Of a stretch of DNA of 64,000 bases, positions 52,711 through 64,000 are shown piece by piece (the first letter of the stretch is position 1; each line of letters opens with the position of its first letter). The stretch spans positions 332,878,001 to 332,942,000 of the forward strand of contig OZ024742.1 in NCBI GenBank assembly GCA_964016885.1. The letters are read 5' to 3'. The notes beneath the pieces are model-generated. The model did no database searches, was not told where the DNA came from, and was given only the letters and a program-made list of their open reading frames with translations. The DNA comes from Eledone cirrhosa (lineage: Eukaryota). The position numbers and the translations under genes are program-made.

Positions 52711-54464
52711 CTGACACGTACTTTACACATCAGTTGTTATTTGTTATTTGAGGAGGGTTGATACATAAGATTAATTTATTGTTCACATTGCCAGATAGGT
52801 GAATACGTTTTTGAAGATTGTGGGGTTGGGTTATTGAACGAGTTAATGGGTGTAAAACTGATGTGTTAGGGATTGGATGGATCGAGATGGAGATATTTGT
52901 AGAGGGGTGGATGTTTAAATGGATACACAGATGGATTACTGCATAGACTGAGAGATTGCGGACAGATGGATGGTTAGTAACCTGCCTGGTTAGATGGATT
53001 TAACAATGGGTACATAGGTGGGTGTGTTGAAGGATTGATACATGACTGAATTGATGGGAGGAATTATTAAAGACGGCTTGAACAAATTGAGAAATGAAGG
53101 AAAGGGTGAAAGATGTCTATTTCTGTAAATGTAATGATGTAATTTGCACATGTATCGTACACACTTCATATAGAAGATGATTCTCTGAATGGCATATAGA
53201 AAAAAATTTCAATATATTGAAAACTATTTTTTTTTATTCAAAGCAGACAAAACTCTAATGGCAATTATTAGAGATTGAAAGGAAAGAGAATACATTTCTA
53301 AGAAATTCATTTTTAATAGTCAATTGCCGCTATTCCGCTATTCATTCTCAAATTCAATTCGTTGAGAATAATTATTTGAACTAAGCCACCCACCTAAATA
53401 TACAACATTGTTATACTTGAGTTATTGTTATTGAGCTCACTTGAATAAAACACATATCTGGACAGAGTGGGTGTTCATAAATAACAAAGCAAATGACACT
53501 GCAACGAAGAAATATATTATTTTAAAGCATGAAATAATAGGATGTCTTAACTTTTCGGATACAAGTTCTTCATTAGAAAATGGAAGGAAAATTAAAAGAA
53601 ATAGAAAGAGAAAAATTCAGAAGAGGACGAAATGGAAAAAAAATGAGAAAAAAACATACAAGTGTATTTAGTAAGCGATTTCGGATAGATGAATACATAT
53701 TATAGAAAGAATGGTGTTTTCATTCTCGGAGATGTTATAAAATAGAGTGCATACACTTAAAGACGGAAAAAAGCTCCCAAGGGTCGCTAGTGTTTATAAG
53801 GGTGAGGGAGATGGTAAAGTTCTATACAAATCAAAGATTACAGTTAAAACGTAGAAGTGAAAATTTACTGTGGTATGTTTAAAGATTATTGGTTTAATCT
53901 GACTGAAAGATCACTTTTATAATGTTACATTATACATTTTTAATATTCGATAATATTGACGCCCGAATCGCAACCGGTAATATTTGACAAAACCTAAATC
54001 CATCTAATGTAACAATTATAAAAATGTTTATTCTGTCGGATTAAAGAAAAAGTAATCGATAAATATACACCTGTGTGTTTCCACTTTTAATTTTGACCTA
54101 TATATATAAATATATGTTTATAATAATATTAGGATAATTAGCGAAAACAAACAAACGAACGAAAACAAGGCAGAACGTAAAAAATATGAAGGGGAAATCC
54201 TAAGCTGTTTTTGGATTAAAAGTCAAAAGAAAACAATAACATACAACAATTAAGCCATAACAGGGTACACATAGAATTTTAGGTGACGACTGGGAGAAAG
54301 TATTGTGATTTGTATAACAACGATAGTCTCCTGAGATAGGAAAATATAAAAAAGGAGGTAATGAAATAAAAAAGAAAAAGAAAATAAAAAGCAAGGAAAA
54401 GAGCGTAAAATATAATCCTTTCAAATTATGTGGTGGAGAGAAGAAAGCACACGTACTTTACTTT

Positions 54465-54587
54465 AATAATTGTTTCTATTTTTGGCACAAGGCCAGCAAT
54501 TATCCCAGTGTATTACTGGTACCTTATTTTATCGACCCCGTAAGGATGAAAGGCAAATTTAACCTCGGCGGGATATGAACTCAGATC
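54465..54587 (-). mobile_element. SINE copy
   Basis: taataattgtttctatttttggcacaaggccagc...atcgaccccgtaaggatgaaaggcaaatttaacctcggcggg. Confidence 0.85.
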
Positions 54588-54965
54588 TTTACTGATTAAT
54601 AATAATAAAATTTAGGAAAATTAACAAAGAGACAATGAACGAAACCAAGGCAGAACGAAACATTTTTTTTTTTTAAAGTGGAAATCTTAAACAGCTTTTG
54701 TAAAATAAAAAGATAAACAAAAGACAACGAACTCCAAGGTCTTCAGGCGCAGTGATGGTCTTTGGCAATTTCGAACACTACCAACGGTACTGCTGATCCC
54801 CCCGAGGTCACAGCGTCTGTTAAACAAGCGAAAGCGCTATCTGGGGAATACAAGAGAAAACAAAACAATAGTTTAAACAATTAAGCCATAACAGGTACAC
54901 ACAGAATTTTCTGTGAAGATTAGGCGAAGGTATTGTGCACACACACATCTATATTAATATATATA

Positions 54966-55035
<70 letters not shown>

Positions 55036-55282
55036 TGCGTGCGTGTGAGTGTAGGTTTCCAACAGATACAAAGTATCAAATTATCTTAGAAAGACTGAGG
55101 AGACAAATGGTACTTATTTTGTCTTCCACAGAATTATAAAAGCCAAAATTGACATGTTTAAAATATCACATTTCTTTCGATCACAATAAAATAACATAAG
55201 ATATTGGCAGTGATTAATATAATCAGTAATGAGAAAAAACTAACAACAAAGTAAAGAATCAAGCAGAGCAGCAACTACAATA

Positions 55283-55720
55283 ATGATTTCTAACATAGGC
55301 CCAATGCCACCAATTTTCGGCGAAAGGAACCTCAATTAATGAGACCCGGTACTTAACTCGAATTTTAGTTTATCGACCCCAGAAGGAAAATAAAATAAAA
55401 TCGATCGCACCGGGATTTGACCTCAGAATGTAAAGAACCAAAATAACAATTCCTAATTTAGGTATAAGACAAGCGATTTGATGGAAAGCGAAAAAATACT
55501 TAACTGGGTCTTTATTTTTTGGACAATACAATAAATAAAAGGTAAAGTCGACCTGACTGCCTTTACAACAGAAGTCGTAAAGAATCGGAATAATGGTTTC
55601 TGAATGTCAACAATTTGAGGCCAAAGGAAATTCGATTAAACATCTTCAAATAGTCAACCGATATTTTATTTTATCGACTAAGTAATAAAAGGGAAACGAT
55701 GGCATTTGAACTCAGAAAGT
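55283..55720 (-). mobile_element. Cluster of about three degenerate SINE copies
   Basis: Repeated tttatcgac / gggatttgacctcagaa / tttgaactcagaa remnants. Confidence 0.55.
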
Positions 55721-56034
55721 AATAGTATGAAATTAACTTATTGCGCAACACAAACAATAATAAACAGATTATGTAGATTTGTTTAAATCGTAGTTTATTA
55801 AGTGCATCAAAGTTTGATCTGAGATTGTAGAAGAGATTTTGTTGGCCTTCAGAATAATGTTTGACATTGTGCTAATGGGCATCATGTTGTGTGTAGAGAT
55901 ATCGCACAGATAGGTAAACGATAAATATCATAGATCAATCAGTAAAACGTGAAGTTTGTGAAGTGTAGTGTCATATACAGACACACACACACGCACATAT
56001 ATGATTATATAATATATATGCATATATATGCATA

Positions 56035-56072
<38 letters not shown>

Positions 56073-56200
56073 CGTATATATATATATATGTGTATATGTG
56101 TATATATATGTATATATATGTATATATATGTATATATATGTATATATATATATATACCCATATTTTCATATATATATATAAGTATATGCATATATGTATA

Positions 56201-56319
<119 letters not shown>

Positions 56320-56370
56320 GTGTTCATATACACAAACACACACACACATACACACACATATACACACACA

Positions 56371-56431
<61 letters not shown>

Positions 56432-57200
56432 TAAACTTGGCTGAGGGCAGTGAAGTGAAGTTTGTCAAAGTGCTATCTTTTTATTGTACAAAACACAAAC
56501 AGAATTCCGTGCAATCACACAGCCACTTACATTCATATATACGTTATAATACCAAAAACATTTTTTATGTGAGCATCTATCCTTTAACATAAAGCGATTT
56601 GAGATGTGTGTGTCTGTGTGTCTGTGTGTTGTGTGTCTGTGTGTTGTGTGTGCGGTTGTTTGTGTGTCTGTGTGTAAACGCATGAGGGTATGAGACGATC
56701 TTCCATTCAGCGTTTAATTTTTTGTCAGTCATAATCACCATATAAATCTACGCAGAATTATTTGGTAGCAGTAGCATGACATTGTTAAAAGAAACAGTCA
56801 AATTCATGGGTCCCTCTCTTATAGATGGTCATCTCTGTCCTGAGTGCAATAAGAAGGAAGGTGTTTCGTGTGTAACTGAAATGGCAAATATTTTTAAACA
56901 TGGCAGATATTTTCACAACTTCCGATCTTCAGCCTGGCGGGAAACTGAGGTTAAGTCTGTCTCTTGAAATAGATTTACTGATATGCCTATGATATGTATA
57001 TAGTACTGTAAGATGCATGTTGGCATTTAAAACTTTACACTCAAATATGCACTGTGTACACACACAGCAAGACACAAACACGCACAACCACACACCCATC
57101 CACACATAAACACACACACACCCACACACCCATACACACACACACTCACACAAACACTCACACACCCACACACAGACACATATATACATATATATATTTA

Positions 57201-57247
<47 letters not shown>

Positions 57248-57315
57248 GTTATTCCGGGTTCAATCGGAGGTAACCACAGTAAGTAAGGTACTCAATACAT
57301 AGCAGAGTATAACAG

Positions 57316-57433
57316 TTTTAATATAGATGAGATTCTACAGGACTAGAACTGTTTCATTCTTTAGAAATTATCAGGATTCTGATGATTTCTAAAGAATGAA
57401 ACAGTTCTAGTCCTGTAGAATCTCATCTATTTT

Positions 57434-57436
<3 letters not shown>
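57316..57436. repeat. Near-perfect palindrome (about 58-bp arms, 4-nt spacer) containing a hammerhead-like core in each arm
   Basis: 57316-57374 mirrors 57379-57436; the plus arm reads CTGATGA-tttctaaagaat-GAAA-cagt-TC. Confidence 0.8.
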
Positions 57437-57464
<28 letters not shown>

Positions 57465-57553
57465 AGCAAAAGGGATATTTAATTTGTTGGTAATTCAACA
57501 AATATATATATTTATAACTAATTCGAAGCACTCGACAAGTTTTCTGGTGTATA

Positions 57554-57897
57554 ATATCAATGATATTAATAAATGGAAACCATATTTATAAAACCATATT
57601 TATTCTATTATATATATGTCAAGGGTACCAAAACTTTGGTACGCCCTCATCAGATAAAATACAAATTTTGTTTTATAAATATTGACATATCCAGGAAGGA
57701 GATATTAACGGTTCAGGTACTATCCAGGGAAAACTTGAACCGTGAAGATCTCCTTCCTGGATATGTCAATATTTATAGAACAAACTTTGCATTTTATCTG
57801 ATGACGTCGTACCGAAGTTTTGGTTATCTTGAAATATATATAATATAATAAATATGGTTTTATAAATATAGTTTCCATTTATTAATATCATTGATAT
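57554..57897. repeat. Imperfect 344-bp inverted repeat with a CTGATGA...GA(A/C)A motif in each arm
   Basis: atatcaatgatattaataaatggaaac.../...gtttccatttattaatatcattgatat; inner pair tattgacatatccaggaaggagat / atctccttcctggatatgtcaata. Confidence 0.8.
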
Positions 57898-59032
57898 ATA
57901 TATATATATATATATATAGTAATAATAATAAATTCGGAGACTAAAATCCAATGAGGGCTCGATAAGGATAAATATATATCAGATATATAAGAACTGTAGA
58001 GCAAATATTTATTAAAATAAAAGATTAAAGTTTAAGCAAAAACTTTCACACTTAGCGGGATCTTCTGAAACTAAAAAAAACAATCTGTGAATGCAGAAGT
58101 AAATATTTCAAAAAACGTTGCAACAGAAGGAAGACAGGAAGACGATACTTTGGTTTGTTGAAAAGTTCCCTGGCAAAGAACGGAAAAAAACGAAGATAAT
58201 ACGTCATTATTTGGAACGGTGAAAACAATTACACGCAAAGACAAAACCACGTATATGGTATAACTGAAGTAGTAGACTAAAATTCTATTTAGGAAACCGA
58301 TGATTCTTGCCCTTAGAGTTAAGAATAAAGTAAATAAAATACAGAGGTAATTGAAAATAAATATACACATACACACATCCATATGCTACGTACACAAGCA
58401 TATGCAAAACACTCGCCATGGGTATGCAAATACGAGCACAAAAGAAAACCACGCACGCACATACAGAACCCACGCAACGCCTGTACCTGCACACATACAA
58501 ACGTATACACCAAATACACATAAACATATATATAAAAATATATATATATATATGTGTGTGTGCGTGTAACATAATATATATAAATATACACACATAAATA
58601 AGTAAATAACTATAACTCGCGCACGCACATACCTACATGTAAAAACACATATGTTCGCGGACGAACGTCGACCAAAACACAAAGTACACATATACACACA
58701 CCCTACATACGTACGAACCCTCATACTCACACAGACGTAAAACTCACGTATACACATAACCAAATGCATATGTACCAGTATTTATAAAATATACGCCATA
58801 ACATATACAAGCAAATATACGTACGAGAGAGTATACGTACCTTCACAAAACATGCAGGTAATATATACTTACCAATACAAATAAGTAATGGTATAAACAT
58901 AACATATACTTAGCTACCACATGAAGACGTAAAATATCCGCGTATAGTTCGTGCTATCCGTTAGGGTATAATTTGGGGCTGTAATGCAGGAAAGTTTTGT
59001 CCGTATACACCAAATACACATAAAAATATATA

Positions 59033-59740
59033 TATAGCTCTGATTTATCTGAATTATTGAGCCCTCTGCCACTCATGTCGGATTTTGTTTATCGTAAATT
59101 CGTGAGCTGATTTTTCGATACTCGATTATTCTATTATATTTAGCTCTAGACATAGCTATTGACCAGTTAATTGTATTTTTCATTTTTGTCGATTCTATTG
59201 AATGATGAATAGCTCCTGTTTATTTTAACATGTCTATTGAGCACTCTTATTCGATATGTGTATTACACATTCTCGATTATCTTTCGCGAATATAGAGGTT
59301 ATCTCCCTCGCTAGACTCCATGTGCGTTTAGCTATAGTTAATTTCTTCATTCGTCGGACAATGGCCCGTTGATAAAGTTATTCCGGTCCCTCTTCTCCCT
59401 AGAAGTCTTATATATTTTTATGTGGGCTGATAGGGGGCGGATTAAAAAATAGCAGAAACCCAAGTAGCTAGATTTACCACCTTTCTAGTGGGTCCGGGTA
59501 AGCTTTTTACATTCATATGATTTATTGATTTATTGATATTTTATCTGAGTGACCCGAATCTTCTTGGTCGTAATTTTTCGGCTGCACGGGTGATTTTAGG
59601 CATAATCTTTGTGTGTTGGTATCTTAACGATAGTTATAGCTCTGATTTATCAGAATTATTGAGCCCTCTGCCACTGATGTCGGATTTTGTTTATCGTAAA
59701 TTCGTGAGCTGATTTTTCGATACTCGATTATTCTATTATA
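59033..59740. repeat. Roughly 600-bp unit with about 105-bp direct terminal repeats
   Basis: tatagctctgatttatc...cgatactcgattattctattata at about 59033-59138 and 59635-59740. Confidence 0.75.
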
Positions 59741-61138
59741 AAAAATATATATATATATGAGTGTGTGTGTGCGTGTAACATGATATATATAAATATACAC
59801 ACAAAATATACATACATACATGCATACATACATACATACATACATACATACATACATACATACATACATACATACATACATACATACATACATACATACA
59901 TACAGTGCATCCATATTGAAAAATAAACGCCGAAACTTTTGAACCACTGTCACTGTTCTACTAATAAATTATACAAACAATATGTTTAAATCAAGTATTA
60001 AAAATGTTTCAGAAAACAAACCGTAGGAAGGTTTCAAATCGTTTGTATCAGTACGTGGGTCTTATCTATCTTCAATATTCGTCAACAGAACGAAATATGC
60101 GATTCGTCTACATTATATCTTTTACGAAATGTTCAGTACCCTTGATGAGACATTTTGCACACACCCTAACATTAAACACTCATGAAATTTTTACACACAG
60201 ACCCCTATAAAGGAATACCAATTTCCAGATTTGCCTTCACCACACGTATACACGCACGCGCATATAGATATATTGTGATTGAGAAGCAGGTCCGTATTAT
60301 CCTCAGTGTTGAAAAGGCTGTATCTTGCATATGAAATGCGGTAGGTGTTGATAGCTCACTACTATTAGCAATCTATGGACAATTAATAGCGGGGAATTGT
60401 GATGACGTTCTCGAGGTGGCCATATTTGTCGAATAGTATGAGCTGGCTGTTCTGTTCCGGAAATATTTCTACGAAGCGACAATGGAAATTTACGAGAAAT
60501 CTCTAGCCAGGCTGTTCTAACAGTTCAAAATAAACCCTGCAGGAATCAAGGAAGACAGGCCTGCTTGAAATGTTTGCGCAGTGACACATTAATTTTGCAA
60601 ACACTAGTTCAATAGCTGTGTATTGGTAATCTGTAGAATTATATTGAAAAACCGTTGTTCCCTGGTGAACGAAATTTGCTATCGCCTGAGTACACCAGGA
60701 AAATATCTCCACTTCCGTATTTTAAGAGGTAAGTGCCTTTTTCCTCATCTGGTGGCTTAGGTGAATGAGGTTGGGTATTGGAAAAGCTCTCAGCGACTTA
60801 GTCAAGTTTCATCTGCAAAAGAGGTTGAGAATCAAGTGACAGTTGCTCTACTGCAGTAAATTTACATACCAAAATTGGGTGAAAATAGCGAAAATAACAG
60901 GAGTGAATCGGTGAACTTTCGGTACGTGCCTGTTGGTCAGACACTGGTAATAGGGATAGAGCAATATCATTCATGGTCAGGGTGTTTGTGTGACTGTATG
61001 ATTCATTTAGGAGGACTAAATCCTTTATTTACTTCTAATCTATATATACCATATTCGTATAGTATGTACTAATATTTGATGCCTTGTCGATATAAACATC
61101 AACCAACCATCAATCTTGTCATAGTAGTAGCAGTAATT

Positions 61139-61229
<91 letters not shown>

Positions 61230-61694
61230 ATTCAAAACGTTAAGAGTAGTAGTAATATCCCCACAAATATTATCACCACCACCAACACACTCTATCAGCA
61301 GCAACATCATCTAAAACAATAAAACACACCCTCACAACGTTAGTGCTACCAATACAACCACCAACATAATAATAACAAAAACAAATAATACTATATTTAA
61401 CATTCGGCCATTTTCAGGCTGTAGCCATCACCATGACGACCATGTGTTTTGATCATTGAAGGCGAACAGTCATGGGTGAACGGATTTTTCAATTTGACAG
61501 CCACATGGAGCCACACCAGATGTGTGTGTGTGTGTTTGTTTGCATATATATATACATGTATTAGCATGTATCTAAACATATATTACACACACACACACAC
61601 ACGCACACACACACTCAAACATATATATACACATAAAGTGTATAGATTATAGATTATAGAATTATATAAGTATACATATATTGTACATATAAAT

Positions 61695-61731
<37 letters not shown>

Positions 61732-61761
61732 TATATATATGTATATATATATATATATATG

Positions 61762-61796
<35 letters not shown>

Positions 61797-62120
61797 TGTA
61801 TGCTAGAATATGTTTATGTATGTATGCAAATAGTATATGTATATATAATTTTCTGTGAGTGTGTGTTTATGAGTATAGAGAACTAACTGAATATGTATGT
61901 ACATGCTTCTATAAGTATATGTACACACGGCCATGTGTTTACATGTAAGTAATTGCATATGTGAGGGTATGAATATAAAGGTTGAATAGTTGTGTGTATA
62001 TTTGTATCTTTACATATAAGAGCAATTTTGCATGATTCAGATTTCACCAGTTACGTTTAACAATTATATATCTGATGCCCTACATACAAACATACAAACG
62101 TATGTATATATATTTGTATG

Positions 62121-62197
<77 letters not shown>

Positions 62198-62529
62198 TGG
62201 TGGCTGCCAGCTCATAATCGAGTACGGCCACTATTTTATGTCCATGTAGGGGAACCCCTACCGATGCGCTGAACGATTGTGACTTTTGAGTCCAGCCATC
62301 GACTTGAAAACTCTGGTATAAACACTACACTTGTGACAATTATTGACACATAGTGCTGGGTCCATGCTACCATGTGACGACAAGTGCAGAGAGATCTCCA
62401 GATATAAAACAATGCCTGTGCCGTGAAGCTTTTATAGTGAGCAAAGGCAATGCACAAAGCCAGTGCCACTCTCTTAACCAAGATGATATTTACCAAAAAG
62501 AAGAACAAGTCAACATCATTGGATACCAG

Positions 62530-62790
62530 CAGAGTTACAGGTGTTATATCAGAGTTTTTCTTCTCCTAGAATTCTGCCTAGACAAAGGCTAAGGGATCAT
62601 CTCTCCCGGTAATTTTGAATGGCAATTGACTCTTAAGAGCTACTTTTCCCTTTGACAGGGTTTGTTTTAGGTCCTGCATGATGTCCAAAGTTACCCTCCT
62701 CACCAAGAAACCTTAGTGGGGTTGCCAGTTTAGTCGCCAACGACCCGACCATGAGACAGGTTGTACTGGGATAGATGTTACCAGTAGCAC
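62530..62790 (-). mobile_element. Probable 5' UTR fragment of an RTE-type LINE
   Basis: Minus strand has ggcagaattctaggagaagaaaaactctgatataacacc, similar to RTE 5' UTR motifs as I recall them; no database check was possible. Confidence 0.4.
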
Positions 62791-62818
62791 CAACTGGTGA
62801 TATGTCATATCTATGAAA

Positions 62819-62863
<45 letters not shown>

Positions 62864-62888
62864 CAAATATATATACATGTATATATTC

Positions 62889-62922
<34 letters not shown>

Positions 62923-63234
62923 GAAAAAAGATGAAAACGAAAATGCAACTGGAGTCTTATTTAAAAAATTATATATATATATTTATTTGGTTCCTTTAGC
63001 GGTTTCGCAGTTCTTCTGCTTTTCAAAAGTAGAGTTGAGATGGACGGTCTATGGTTTTCCTATACATATATATGTATATATATATATATATATATATAAA
63101 GAAAAAGAGATGAAATCGAAAATGCAACTGAAGTCTTATTTTTTTTTTGCATTTTCGATTTCATCTCTTTTTCTTTATACTTCCACTCGTGTAGGACACC
63201 TCGGTTATTTTTCATTTTGTAAAAAAAACCTCAC

Positions 63235-63609
<375 letters not shown>

Positions 63610-64000
63610 TGTAATAAAGAACATTAGATAATTAATTCATTTACGAATGGTTTCTTGAAGAGCTTGACACTTACATACATATACAATATAAATGTATATC
63701 TATTTATTTAAATTTATATATATTTATATAATATATATATAATATGATATATATGTGGAGTCGTATATGTGTGTGTAACTGTGAGTAAAATATTATGCGC
63801 AGTATATGAATAATCTTTTACGGGCTCAGAAAATATAATGTCATTAGAACTTAAGAAATAATAATTTGACTAATTAGATGTCACTCTCTGCATGCCCATG
63901 AAGTCACTTATGCTATTCATCTTTTGAATGTTGATAAAAAAAAATACCAGTCATATTCTGTAGTCGATTTTCAATAATTCTTCCTCACTCTGTTGACTGT

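Noticed and set aside
60230-61030. Possible degenerate Penelope-like ORF on the minus strand
   Set aside because: Only faint motif resemblance; not supportable without a translated search.

Overview
AT-rich eukaryotic (animal) genomic DNA with dense (TA)n/(CA)n/(TAA)n microsatellites. The repeat content looks mollusc/octopus-like, but that is an inference. No host protein-coding gene can be supported. The real ORFs belong to retroelements: three R4/Dong-type RLE LINE copies plus a fragment, two Tx1/L1-type LINEs (one nearly intact), degenerate RTE-type LINEs, a Penelope-like RT fragment and a mariner relic. There are also many copies of one tRNA-derived SINE. The most notable feature is a 6.8 kb array (21571-28394) of near-identical 310-bp units, 6 on one strand and 16 on the other, joined by a 6-nt fold-back. 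Each unit carries a minimal type I hammerhead ribozyme motif (GTAGTC-CTGATGA-stem II-GAAA-CGCG-TA-GATTAC), which is the architecture of a non-LTR retrozyme or ribozyme satellite. Further hammerhead-like motifs, some in other families, lie at 51871, 57379, 57650/57800 and 62994, several in fold-back structures next to (TA)n. Separately, Tx1-like and Dong-like LINEs co-occupy the same (TAA/TTA)n tract in opposite orientations at two sites.
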